A DNA stretch of 64,000 nucleotides from a virus. A program made the translations under genes and the position numbers. Shown one piece after another: positions 48,325 to 57,712 of the stretch (its first letter is position 1; the number at the start of each line of letters is the position of its first letter). The notes below the pieces were generated by a model. The model was given only the letters and a program-made list of their open reading frames with translations. It ran no database searches and was not told the origin of the DNA. The DNA lies in IMG/VR virus record IMGVR_UViG_3300020463_001984, positions 12,017 through 76,016 of that record. One strand, written 5' to 3'.

Positions 48325-48936
48325 ATGATAATTGGCATTTGCGGATTAATTGGATCCGGTAAAGACACAGTAGCACAAACATTAATAGATAACCATCAAT
48401 TTGTAAAAACTTCATTTGCGGATAAGTTAAAAGACGCAGTTGCGGCCATGTTTAATTGGGATAGAGAATTGCTAGATGGTAAAACAGATAAATCACGTGA
48501 TTGGCGTGAACAAAAAGATGAATTTTGGACCAAAGAAACTGGTCGTGAAATAACACCAAGATTAGTACTACAAGAATTTGGTACAGAGTGTATGCGTAAT
48601 GGTTTCTTTGATGGTATTTGGGTTAGTTTAACAAAGCAACAACTTATACAAAATCCTGATACAAACTTTGTTATTACAGATGTAAGATTTCCTAATGAAG
48701 CAAAGATGATACTTGAAACAGGTGGACAAGTTTGGCGTGTAAAACGTGGATTAGATCCTATGTGGTTTAGAGTATATCAAGATATAGGTGTTGAACCTAA
48801 AGATGTCCACCCTAGTGAATGGGCATGGGCAAATACACACTTTGATGTTATCATTGAAAATAACGGTACATTAGAAGAACTTAAAAGTCAGGTACAAGGT
48901 CGCCTTGTTTCCAACGCGAACCCACACGTTGCATAG
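48325..48936 (+). CDS. Deoxynucleoside monophosphate kinase (T4 gp1-like)
   Basis: IIGICGLIGSGKDT P-loop, FAD.LKD, TPR.VLQ.FGTE..R, ITDVRFPNE, H.SE. Confidence 0.9.
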   Translation: MIIGICGLIGSGKDTVAQTLIDNHQFVKTSFADKLKDAVAAMFNWDRELLDGKTDKSRDWREQKDEFWTKETGREITPRLVLQEFGTECMRNGFFDGIWVSLTKQQLIQNPDTNFVITDVRFPNEAKMILETGGQVWRVKRGLDPMWFRVYQDIGVEPKDVHPSEWAWANTHFDVIIENNGTLEELKSQVQGRLVSNANPHVA

Positions 48937-49219
48937 TTCTTTGACAGTTAGCACACACAGTCTTTAAATTACTAAAATGCACATCGTTTAAATTACCATT
49001 GATATGGTAAACATTGAACTGAACTTCTTCACCTTTAAAGCCACACTTATCGCATTCTGTTTTCATACGGTATCCGGCTTTATACCAGTTAGGTACTCCA
49101 TGGCTTTTGCCATTGTGTAGACACGTTTCACATTGTTTCCTATAATAAGTTTTATTACCTTTCTTATAGTTGACTGCCGCCGGTCTTTGTTTACAATAGT
49201 TACATAAAGGTCTGCTCAT
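48881..49219 (-). CDS. Zn-finger / degenerate HNH protein
   Basis: Four CxxC pairs; VYHINGN.ND...NLKTVCANCQ resembles the HNH motif with His substitutions. Confidence 0.65.
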   Translation of the reverse strand: MSRPLCNYCKQRPAAVNYKKGNKTYYRKQCETCLHNGKSHGVPNWYKAGYRMKTECDKCGFKGEEVQFNVYHINGNLNDVHFSNLKTVCANCQRTMQRVGSRWKQGDLVPDF

Positions 49220-49224
49220 AATAG

Positions 49225-49295
49225 TATTTACCTCACCTTTTTGCCCCCTTTTTCAGGCAGTATTTACACTAGATTTTGGAAGAGTTGTATAAATA
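49225..49295. promoter_or_regulatory. Divergent late promoter cluster
   Basis: Minus-strand TAAATA at 49225-49230 and 49261-49266; plus-strand TATAAATA at 49288-49295 ahead of the sheath gene. Confidence 0.65.
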
Positions 49296-49328
49296 CTAAT
49301 AACATAAGATCCAATAGGAGAACAAAAA

Positions 49329-52300
49329 ATGGCAAATTTAGTATCACCAGGTGTACAGGTTAGTGTTATAGACGAATCGTTCTATACCCCGGCTGAACCA
49401 GGCACTACGCCGATGATTTTTGTTATCACTGCACAGGACAAGAAAAACGGTAGTGGTACAGCAACAGCGGCAGGAACAACAAAAGCAAAAGCAGGAACAC
49501 CATACTTAATAACTTCACAAAGAGAGTTAACAGAAACTTTTGGTGACCCAACTTTTTATACAGATTCAAACAACAATCCAATTCATGGTGGAGAACTTAA
49601 TGAATACGGATTACAAGCGGCATACTCATATTTAGGTGTAGCCAATAGAGCATACATTACTAGAGCAGATGTAAACACAACTGAACTAGTTGCAACTGCT
49701 AACGCACCAGCGGCAAATCCAGCGGCAGGTACATATTGGTTTGACACTGGAAATTCAAGATATGGTATATTTGAATGGAATGGCTCATCTGCAACAGTAA
49801 CAGGTGGACAATCTTTTACAAATAAGATTCCGTACATTATTACATCAACTACAGAACAAGTTGGTAACGTAGCATCAGGTGATCCAAAAACATCTGTAGG
49901 AGCAGTTGGTGATTATGCTCTTGTTACAACAACTACTGTAAACAAGTTATACTACAAAAACTCCGATGGTAACTGGGTAAAAGTTGGAACTAGTGCATGG
50001 GTAGGTAGCCATCCTGCTGTGACTGGATCTACAAGCAATCCAACTGTAACAGGCTCAGCAACTATGGTAATTAACTCTACAACAATTACAGCAAGTGGTA
50101 CTGCATTATCAAATGTCGTAAGTGATATTAATGGTGCTGGTATATCTGGTGTAAGTGCAAAAGCAGTTAACGGTAGATTAGCAATTTTCTCAACAACAAA
50201 TAACATTGTTATTGCTGAAGGTACAGGATTACTAGCAGAGGTAGGAATTACAGCAGGTACTTATTACTTGCCTAAATTAAATATTGCTCCTCATACAAGT
50301 GTTCCAGAATTTAAATCAACAGACACAAATCCAAGACCAACTGGATCTGTTTGGTTTAAAACTTCACAAAGCAACTTAGGTGCAAATCTTAAAGTTAAAA
50401 ACTTTAACGGTAACACAAACCTTTGGACAGATATTGGTGCTCCAATTTACGCAACTAACATGGCGGCGTTAAAAGCACTTGATTCAACAGGTGGTGGATT
50501 AAACCTAGCAGTTGGTACTGTATATGTACAGTCAAACACAACTGAAGCGGCGGCTGTTGAGGCAGACTTTAAAATCTTTAGACGTAAAAACACAGGTTCA
50601 ACTACTGTAACTTCAAGCATAATTGCGGCACAGGTTTCAGCAGGAACTTATGCATTTACAATTAGTGAATCAACTACAAACTCAGACGCAATGTCAAGTC
50701 CAGTAACAGTAAGTATTACTCCAACTGGGGCGGCAACTGACTCAGAAATACTAGCGGCAGGAATTAATGGTGCTGGTTTAACAAATGTTAGTGCAAGTGT
50801 TGATTCAAGCAACAGAGTTGTTATTGCTCATAACGATGGCGGTGACATTAGATTAGTTGACACAAACGGCGGTTTAGCATTATACGGTTATGCGGCATAC
50901 GTGAGTGCATCAAGTGGTACAGCAAACTTATACTTTGTACCAGGCACAAACAGTTCAACAAATCCTAAGCAGTTTTTAGCAAGTAACTGGCAGGTGTTAA
51001 CTTACACTGCAAGTTCATCGGCTCCAACTGCTTTAACAACTGACAATACTTTATGGTACAATTCAGTTGTTGATGAAGTAGACTTACTAATCCACAATGG
51101 TACAGATTTTGTAGGATATCAAAACTATCAGTCAGGAAGTATTAACTATAATACAACTGATCCATTAGGACCACAAGTAAGTGCAACAGAACCAACTACA
51201 CAGTCAGATACTTCTGCACTAGTAGAAGGTGATGTTTGGATTTCAACAGCAGACTTAGAAAACTATCCTAAGATTTATGTTTGGAATGCAACTACTTTAA
51301 AATGGGCATTGAAAGATAACACAGATCAAACTACAGAAGACGGTGTTCTTTTTGCTGACGTAAGATACAATACAAGCGGTGCTACAAGTGGTACACAAGG
51401 AACTATTGTTTCATTACTAACAAGCAACTACATGGACACTGACGCTCCTGATCCAGCACTATATCCAAAAGGTATGTTGTTATGGAATACAAGAAGAAGC
51501 GGATTCAACGTTAAGAAATTTAGAAGAAACTACGTTGATACTACTGCAAACAACTTACGTGGTAGTGATGCAGGCAACAGTATGTCAGCATACTACGAAC
51601 ATAGATGGGTAACTGAAAGTGCAAATCAATCAGATGGAGCAGGTTCATTTGGTAGAAAAGCACAAAGAAAAGTAATTGTACAACAATTACAATCAATGGT
51701 TAATAGCAACCAAGAAATTAGAGATGATGAATCAAGAATCTTTAACTTACTTGCTACACCAGGATATCCAGAACTAATTGGTGAGATGAAATCATTAAAC
51801 AGTGATAGAGGCTTAACAGCATTTATCGTTGGTGACTCTCCATTCAGATTAACAAGCGATGCAACAACTTTAAACAATTGGGGTAAGAATGTTAATTTGG
51901 CAACAGAAGATAATGATAACGGACTTGTTACAAGTGATGAATACTTGGGCGTATTTTATCCAAGTTTATTTACTAGCGACAACGCAGGTAATAATGTAAC
52001 TGTTCCGGCATCACATGGTATCTTAAGAACCATTGCACTCAGCGATCAAGTATCTTATCCATGGTTTGCTCCAGCAGGAACAAGACGTGGTGGAATAACA
52101 AATGCAAGTGCTACAGGTTTTATTGATAGCGAAGGTGAATTTAAGTCAATCGCATTAAACGAAGGACAAAGAGACACACTTTACTCTAACAATGTTAACC
52201 CAATTACATTCTTAACTGGTGCTGGACTTGTTAACTTTGGTCAAAAGACTAGAGCCGCAAATGCTAGTTCATTAGATAGAATTAATGTAGCAAGACTTGT

Positions 52301-52592
52301 AATATATCTAAGATCACAACTTAACAAGTTGGCTAAACCTTATATCTTTGAACCAAACGATAAGATTACACGTGATGAGATCAAAGCACAGGTTGATTCA
52401 TTGATGTTAGAATTAACAGGTCAAAGAGCACTGTACGACTTCTTAGTAGTGTGTGATGAAAGTAACAACACACCAGCAAGAATAGACAGAAACGAACTAT
52501 ATGTAGACATAGCAATAGAACCAGTGAAAGCAGTGGAGTTTATTTACATTCCATTGAGACTTAAAAACACTGGAGAAATAGCGGGCCTATAA
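49329..52592 (+). CDS. gp18: Contractile tail sheath protein (T4 gp18-like), enlarged
   Basis: LVSPGVQV.VID.S, L.ETFG.P, YPWFAPAG..RG, RD.LY...VNPI, GQKT, DRINV.RL, FEPND..TR, CDESNNT...IDRNEL.VDI.I.P.KA.EFI. Confidence 0.93.
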   Translation: MANLVSPGVQVSVIDESFYTPAEPGTTPMIFVITAQDKKNGSGTATAAGTTKAKAGTPYLITSQRELTETFGDPTFYTDSNNNPIHGGELNEYGLQAAYSYLGVANRAYITRADVNTTELVATANAPAANPAAGTYWFDTGNSRYGIFEWNGSSATVTGGQSFTNKIPYIITSTTEQVGNVASGDPKTSVGAVGDYALVTTTTVNKLYYKNSDGNWVKVGTSAWVGSHPAVTGSTSNPTVTGSATMVINSTTITASGTALSNVVSDINGAGISGVSAKAVNGRLAIFSTTNNIVIAEGTGLLAEVGITAGTYYLPKLNIAPHTSVPEFKSTDTNPRPTGSVWFKTSQSNLGANLKVKNFNGNTNLWTDIGAPIYATNMAALKALDSTGGGLNLAVGTVYVQSNTTEAAAVEADFKIFRRKNTGSTTVTSSIIAAQVSAGTYAFTISESTTNSDAMSSPVTVSITPTGAATDSEILAAGINGAGLTNVSASVDSSNRVVIAHNDGGDIRLVDTNGGLALYGYAAYVSASSGTANLYFVPGTNSSTNPKQFLASNWQVLTYTASSSAPTALTTDNTLWYNSVVDEVDLLIHNGTDFVGYQNYQSGSINYNTTDPLGPQVSATEPTTQSDTSALVEGDVWISTADLENYPKIYVWNATTLKWALKDNTDQTTEDGVLFADVRYNTSGATSGTQGTIVSLLTSNYMDTDAPDPALYPKGMLLWNTRRSGFNVKKFRRNYVDTTANNLRGSDAGNSMSAYYEHRWVTESANQSDGAGSFGRKAQRKVIVQQLQSMVNSNQEIRDDESRIFNLLATPGYPELIGEMKSLNSDRGLTAFIVGDSPFRLTSDATTLNNWGKNVNLATEDNDNGLVTSDEYLGVFYPSLFTSDNAGNNVTVPASHGILRTIALSDQVSYPWFAPAGTRRGGITNASATGFIDSEGEFKSIALNEGQRDTLYSNNVNPITFLTGAGLVNFGQKTRAANASSLDRINVARLVIYLRSQLNKLAKPYIFEPNDKITRDEIKAQVDSLMLELTGQRALYDFLVVCDESNNTPARIDRNELYVDIAIEPVKAVEFIYIPLRLKNTGEIAGL

Positions 52593-52595
52593 TAT

Positions 52596-52603
52596 GATAA
52601 ATA
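52596..52603 (+). promoter_or_regulatory. Putative late promoter GATAAATA
   Basis: Intergenic TAAATA core before the tube gene. Confidence 0.65.
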
Positions 52604-52622
52604 AAAGTAATAGGAGCAAATA

Positions 52623-53264
52623 ATGGCAATTTCAACACTCTCAAGATTAACAGTGCCTTTAGATAGCAACGCAAGTGCATCTACTCAAGGCTTGTTAATG
52701 CCTAAACTGCAATACCGCTTTAGGGTATCGCTAGAAAATTTTGGTGTAAGTGCCCCAACAACGGAACTTACAAAACAAGTAGTAGATGTTTCAAGACCAA
52801 ACGTATCCTTTGAGCAAATTACACTAGATGTATATAACTCAAAAGTATATTTGGCTGGTAAACACACTTGGGAACCAATCACACTTAACTTACGTGAAGA
52901 CGCATCAAACAATGTTCAAAAATCAGTTGGCGAACAGTTACAGAAACAGTTTGATTTCTTCGAACAGGCTAGTGCAAGATCAGGTGCGGATTATAAATTC
53001 GTTACTAGAATTGAAATACTAGACGGTGGTAATGGTGAAGGTGACTCAGGAGCACAGGTGCTTGAGACTTTTGAATTGTATGGTTGCTATCTTGAGAGTG
53101 CAAACTACAATCAGTTGGCTTATGCTACTTCAGATGCAGTTACAGTTGCACTTACAATCAGATACGATAATGCAATCCAAACTCCAGAAAACACAGGAAT
53201 TGGAACAGCAGTAGGTAGAGCAATTAGCAGTTCTGCGGCTACTGGGGTAAGTTCAGGAACATAA
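52623..53264 (+). CDS. gp19: Tail tube protein (T4 gp19-like)
   Basis: Follows the sheath gene; PK..YRF.V, .RP..SF..I, Y.AGK..W..I.L, L.GC........L.Y......L.I.YD. Confidence 0.85.
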   Translation: MAISTLSRLTVPLDSNASASTQGLLMPKLQYRFRVSLENFGVSAPTTELTKQVVDVSRPNVSFEQITLDVYNSKVYLAGKHTWEPITLNLREDASNNVQKSVGEQLQKQFDFFEQASARSGADYKFVTRIEILDGGNGEGDSGAQVLETFELYGCYLESANYNQLAYATSDAVTVALTIRYDNAIQTPENTGIGTAVGRAISSSAATGVSSGT

Positions 53265-53284
53265 TAATTACTATTATACAGATT

Positions 53285-53307
53285 AAAGGCGCTACGGCGC
53301 CTTTTTT
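53285..53307 (+). terminator. Rho-independent terminator GGCGC-TACG-GCGCC (copy 2 of 3)
   Basis: Identical core hairpin followed by T6. Confidence 0.85.
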
Positions 53308-53348
53308 CTTCTTAAAAAGACCGGTCTTTTATTTGGATAAATATTAGT

Positions 53349-54704
53349 ATGGCAAATAGAATCACTCCATTCTTAAATAATTTAGTACAAGGGGCGTTGA
53401 ACCCTAAAGGTAATCTTGGTGACTATGCACACGGTGCCAGACTATATGTTGATGACGCATTTAGACTTGCTCCGAAAGTAAAATTTCTTTACCATGTAAC
53501 TTTCAATATTAATACAGAAGCAAGTTCAGTGATTCCACAGTTAGCACAAAAACATAGAAATGAAATTAATATGTTAGTCAAGTCAGCAGACTTACCTAAG
53601 TATGATATTTCTACAGATGTAAAACATCAATACAACAGAAAAAGAGTTGTACAAAAAAGAATTGACTATGCTCCAATTACAATTAGATTCCATGATGATA
53701 ATCAAGGTGTTACAACTGCAATGTGGGAAGCATATTATAGATATTATTACAAAGATGGAAACTATGGGGGAGTAGATGCCGCTGGTAGTCCCGATACCAG
53801 TAAAAAAGATCCTTACGATAAGTTTAATGCATTTAAAAAGGATTTCAAATATAGATATGGTTTTGATAATGATAGTTCAAAGTCATTCTTTGATAGTATT
53901 GTAATCTATCAAATGGCAAGACAAGAATATACAAGTTTTACTTTAGTTAATCCAATGATTAGTAGTTGGTCACATGATACAATGGATCAAGCAGTTAGCG
54001 AAGTAGTTGAATCACAAATGCAATTACAATATGAAACTGTTTGGTATTCAAGAGGAAAAGTAGTTGAAGGTGTTGCACCTAAAGGGTTTGCATCTGAACA
54101 TTATGATCTTACACCAAGTCCATTAAGTTTAGCAGGTGGTGGAGCAACACGTTTGTTTGGTCAAGGTGGTATTGCCGCAGGTGCTCAGTCTGTATTTGGA
54201 GACCTTCAAGGTAATACAGTAGATTTAAATACGATATTAACAGCAGGTAACGTAATACGTAATACAAAAAATTTAAGCAAAGACGGAATAAGACAAGAAA
54301 GTTTCGGCATATTAAAAGATGCGATTGGAGAGTCAGCAGGTATAGATGTAAGTGGTGTTGCAAACACAGTGTTTCCTAAAAACGGAGGCAGTGGTGGATT
54401 GACATCAGAAACAAAAGCAGTAATAGGTGTAGGTGCAGTTGCGGCCGTTAGTAAACTAGCAGAAAAGTTTCCTAACGTAAGTGATGCAACAACTTACTTA
54501 AACAATAACGAAACTGCATTAAATGACGTAACAAAAGCAACAACATTTAAAGCACAGCATTTGGCAAACGGAGGTAGTGCAAACATGAACGATATTAACA
54601 CTGCCTATGAAGCATTATCAGATACACAAAAAGCAAATTTAAATGCTACAACTATTAATGATTTGCCAAACATATTAAATTCTAACTCTGGAGTAACAGT
54701 ATAA
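53349..54704 (+). CDS. Tube-fold baseplate/tail tube initiator protein (gp54/gp48-like) with C-terminal extension
   Basis: LVKS.DLP.Y.I.......YNRK......Y.PI.I.FHDD..W..Y..L.NP.I......D.....L.YE tube-like pattern; TAAATA-N5-ATG. Confidence 0.6.
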   Translation: MANRITPFLNNLVQGALNPKGNLGDYAHGARLYVDDAFRLAPKVKFLYHVTFNINTEASSVIPQLAQKHRNEINMLVKSADLPKYDISTDVKHQYNRKRVVQKRIDYAPITIRFHDDNQGVTTAMWEAYYRYYYKDGNYGGVDAAGSPDTSKKDPYDKFNAFKKDFKYRYGFDNDSSKSFFDSIVIYQMARQEYTSFTLVNPMISSWSHDTMDQAVSEVVESQMQLQYETVWYSRGKVVEGVAPKGFASEHYDLTPSPLSLAGGGATRLFGQGGIAAGAQSVFGDLQGNTVDLNTILTAGNVIRNTKNLSKDGIRQESFGILKDAIGESAGIDVSGVANTVFPKNGGSGGLTSETKAVIGVGAVAAVSKLAEKFPNVSDATTYLNNNETALNDVTKATTFKAQHLANGGSANMNDINTAYEALSDTQKANLNATTINDLPNILNSNSGVTV

Positions 54705-55120
54705 TGTCAGTCGATCAATTTCAGTCAACTAACAATCAAGATATACAAGCAGGCAATTTACCAGCAACTGAGAATCCAGCAGATAGTCAAAGAAAAGTAA
54801 GAAAGTTTTTTGATAATTTTTATCAAGGTCAATTATCATATCCTAGTAATGAAGTAGATGCAGTAATTGGTTTCTTTGAAAAAAGAGGCTTTGATAAAAT
54901 TAGTGCAACTAGTGTCGGCAGTATGATTTTGCAACAAGCAAAAATAGACGACATAAATGTTTTTCAACTTCTTGATACACTTAAAGGTACAGACGATGTT
55001 AAGTTGAGTAGTGTAGTAACAGAACTACTAAACTACAATAGACAAAAAATTAGCACACTCGGTTTCAAGGTTGATGCCGACGCAGGTACTTGGAGTGAAA
55101 AACGAAACATAATGGTGTAA
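54704..55120 (+). CDS. Hypothetical protein
   Basis: TAATG-coupled ORF in the tail/head operon. Confidence 0.6.
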   Translation: MSVDQFQSTNNQDIQAGNLPATENPADSQRKVRKFFDNFYQGQLSYPSNEVDAVIGFFEKRGFDKISATSVGSMILQQAKIDDINVFQLLDTLKGTDDVKLSSVVTELLNYNRQKISTLGFKVDADAGTWSEKRNIMV

Positions 55121-55124
55121 TGCC

Positions 55125-55562
55125 ATGGCTAAATTTGCACAAGGTAGATACACCTTAAAGTTTCCACAAAAATACGTAGGCAGAAAAACTCCTTTATACA
55201 GATCAAGTTGGGAGTTTGCATTTATGAAATTTTGTGATGAGAATCCTAACGTGGCAAAGTGGGCAAGTGAAAGTATTCGTATTCCATATAAAAATCCTTT
55301 AACAGGAAAACATACAATATATGTTCCTGATTTCTTTATTGCTTATGCAGATAGAAAAGGCAAACAACGTGCAGAACTAATTGAAGTAAAACCAGAGAAT
55401 CAAACATTAAGAGAAAATGTTGGTAAGAGCAAATTCAATCAAGCACAATACGTACAGAACATGGCAAAGTGGGAAGCCGCTAGGGCATGGTGTAAGCAAA
55501 AGGGACTGTATTTTAGGGTCATTTCCGAGAAAGACATTTTCCACCAAGGTACTCGCAAGTAG
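55125..55562 (+). CDS. gp4: Head completion protein (T4 gp4-like, TnsA-type nuclease fold)
   Basis: KY.G...YRSSWE..FM..CD.NP.V..W.SE...IPY...Y.PDF....IEVKP...N.AKW.AA..WC...F..I.E. Confidence 0.85.
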   Translation: MAKFAQGRYTLKFPQKYVGRKTPLYRSSWEFAFMKFCDENPNVAKWASESIRIPYKNPLTGKHTIYVPDFFIAYADRKGKQRAELIEVKPENQTLRENVGKSKFNQAQYVQNMAKWEAARAWCKQKGLYFRVISEKDIFHQGTRK

Positions 55563-55594
55563 ATAAATAATAGTAGCAGTTAATTGAGATACAA

Positions 55595-56089
55595 ATGACC
55601 AAAAAATTAGAAGAATTATTAAATTTACCTGATAGCCAAGAGATTGTAAAAGAAGATCAAGATAAGGCTACGAAAGAAGCAGGGAAAGAGATTGCTGAAC
55701 AGGAAGAGACTAGACGCAGTATAGCAGAACTAGATAAAATCAGTTCAGCACTTCCACAGGTAAAAGGTCTAGGCGAAATGGCTGATAAAGAGTTAAATGA
55801 AGTATCAGACAAAGCAATGCAGGCATATGAAGATTTAATGGATCTTGGAATGAATGTAGAATCACGTTATAGTGGTAGGGTATTTGAAGTAGCAGGACAA
55901 ATGCTAAAGACAAATTTAGATGCCAAAACAGCGAAATTGGACAAAAAGTTAAAAATGGTTGAACTACAACTACGCAAAGAGAAGCAAGATAAGGACGCAG
56001 GACCTGAATCTAGCACTATTGCAGGCGACGGATATGTTGTTACAGACCGTAATAGTTTGATCGAAAAACTTAAAAATATGGATAAATAA
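55595..56089 (+). CDS. Probable terminase small subunit
   Basis: Helical 164-aa protein with R.FEVA..ML and C-terminal RN.L...L, upstream of the large terminase; GATAAATA at 55562-55569. Confidence 0.5.
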   Translation: MTKKLEELLNLPDSQEIVKEDQDKATKEAGKEIAEQEETRRSIAELDKISSALPQVKGLGEMADKELNEVSDKAMQAYEDLMDLGMNVESRYSGRVFEVAGQMLKTNLDAKTAKLDKKLKMVELQLRKEKQDKDAGPESSTIAGDGYVVTDRNSLIEKLKNMDK

Positions 56090-56102
56090 AAATATAAGGA
56101 CA

Positions 56103-56684
56103 GTGGATATGAAAGATTTTAAAACATACCTAGCAGAATCAAAAAAAACTTACACGTTTAAGATTGGTGTTGCAGGCGAATTACCAGAACATACAGCAGA
56201 TCACTTTGAGTCTGCATTAGCAAAATTTGGATTAGTAAATATGAGTCCATTTAAAAAGACTCCTATTACCAAACGTCCTTTAGATTTTCCACAGTTAGAA
56301 AACGTAGAAGTACATTACACTGAAGCAGAAGTATCATATCCAACTACTGATCATGTATTGTATGAATACTTACTTCAAATGTGCAACGTGGATAAAGCAC
56401 ATTTAATAATTCGCAATGCTAACGCTCCACAAGAAGAGTATCAAGCAGAGCGAGAAAACCAACCATACGAGACTAAACTAGAAACTCCAGAGATGGAACA
56501 AGCGGCCAGCAACGCACAGGAAACTGTAGGTGTTAGTCGTGCAATGGACTTACTAAAAGAATTAGAAAGTTACAGAGCAGAAAGAGAAGTTAAGTCCGAC
56601 GGTGGTACCATTAAAGGCGACCAGCCAAAGATGAGCAACGAACCAGACGGCTCAATAGGAACAAAAAGTCCAATAGGGAGTTAA
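56103..56684 (+). CDS. Hypothetical head-associated protein (start may be ATG 56109)
   Basis: MKDFKTYLAES resembles T4 internal-protein capsid targeting N-termini (M K.F..Y/F L.E); GATAAATA at 56081-56088. Confidence 0.55.
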   Translation: MDMKDFKTYLAESKKTYTFKIGVAGELPEHTADHFESALAKFGLVNMSPFKKTPITKRPLDFPQLENVEVHYTEAEVSYPTTDHVLYEYLLQMCNVDKAHLIIRNANAPQEEYQAERENQPYETKLETPEMEQAASNAQETVGVSRAMDLLKELESYRAEREVKSDGGTIKGDQPKMSNEPDGSIGTKSPIGS

Positions 56685-56686
56685 TT

Positions 56687-57643
56687 ATGAAACTAGACGA
56701 CATTTATAAAACGGTTGAGGCGTGGGACAAAGAAATTAAGAAAGAATTATCTGAGACTGCAAGTGCTTCAATTAATATGTCAGGCGATAACGCAGAAGAT
56801 GTTATCAAACTGATGAACGCACTTAAAGGTGCACCACAGGCAGATTCAATGGATAAGATGCCAGTTGCAATTAAAAAAGGTCCAGAAATGGAACCAGTTG
56901 ATAGCATGGCTAAATTAAGAGATTTAGTAAAAGGTCCTGAACAAGGTCCAATGGACAAACCAGAACCAATGGATATGAAAATTCCAATGAAGATTGATGC
57001 TGAAGCAGATGAAGTTGTACCAGAAGAAGAATGGGACAATTCACCTGACGAAGATTACAAAGACGTAAACTACATGACTAAAAGTTTATCAGGTGGTAGT
57101 GAACAAGGCGTTAAGAAATCATATCCTAAAGTAGCAGGCGGAGATAATCCAATGGCACTTGAAGATGAAATTCGTGCAGAACTTTCAGCGGCATTGGCAG
57201 AAAAAATGCAAGACGTAGCAGAAACTGATTGCGGTTGTGATACTCATGAAAACCATGATGATTGCAACGATGACTGTCCACCACACAGTGTCAACGAAGC
57301 AAAAGAAGGCAAGATGCCATCTAAAGCAGAATGTATGAAAATGTGTAAAGATGGAATGTCAAAATCAGAAATTTGCAAAAAATATCCAGACTGTGACCAA
57401 GATAAATTAAAAGAAATGATCGACGGTTGCATGAAAGAAATGAAAGAATCTGTAGAAGAAGGCAAGTTTAAAAAGACTGGCAAAGACGGTGACGGAGCAT
57501 TTGATGAATCAGGTTGCGTTGGCGAAATGAAAAAACTTAAAGCAAGTGGTTGTGCAAAACATGAAATGTACGACAAAGTAGCAGAAAAATATGGTTGCAG
57601 TAAAGGCCAATTTGAAAAACTCTACGCATCAAATTGCGGTTAA
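56687..57643 (+). CDS. Acidic, Met/Cys-rich putative internal head protein
   Basis: Low-complexity acidic segments delimited by L/V-x-E; Cys-rich C-terminal third. Confidence 0.55.
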   Translation: MKLDDIYKTVEAWDKEIKKELSETASASINMSGDNAEDVIKLMNALKGAPQADSMDKMPVAIKKGPEMEPVDSMAKLRDLVKGPEQGPMDKPEPMDMKIPMKIDAEADEVVPEEEWDNSPDEDYKDVNYMTKSLSGGSEQGVKKSYPKVAGGDNPMALEDEIRAELSAALAEKMQDVAETDCGCDTHENHDDCNDDCPPHSVNEAKEGKMPSKAECMKMCKDGMSKSEICKKYPDCDQDKLKEMIDGCMKEMKESVEEGKFKKTGKDGDGAFDESGCVGEMKKLKASGCAKHEMYDKVAEKYGCSKGQFEKLYASNCG

Positions 57644-57670
57644 TTTAATATAACACAATTTCACAAACTC

Positions 57671-57698
57671 AAATAGGCGCTACGGCGCCTATTTTTTT
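57671..57698 (+). terminator. Rho-independent terminator GGCGC-TACG-GCGCC (copy 3 of 3)
   Basis: AAATAGGCGC-TACG-GCGCCTATTT followed by a T tract. Confidence 0.85.
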
Positions 57699-57712
57699 GG
57701 TTAAATACTAAT

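Noticed and set aside
55125-55562. TnsA-like nuclease as evidence of a transposon
   Set aside because: Motifs and context match T4 gp4 head completion protein; there are no other Tn7 genes or element ends.
28536-57698. Repeated 14-nt palindrome as CRISPR repeat or att site
   Set aside because: Copies are dispersed by kilobases, sit after stop codons and carry U tracts, which identifies them as terminators.
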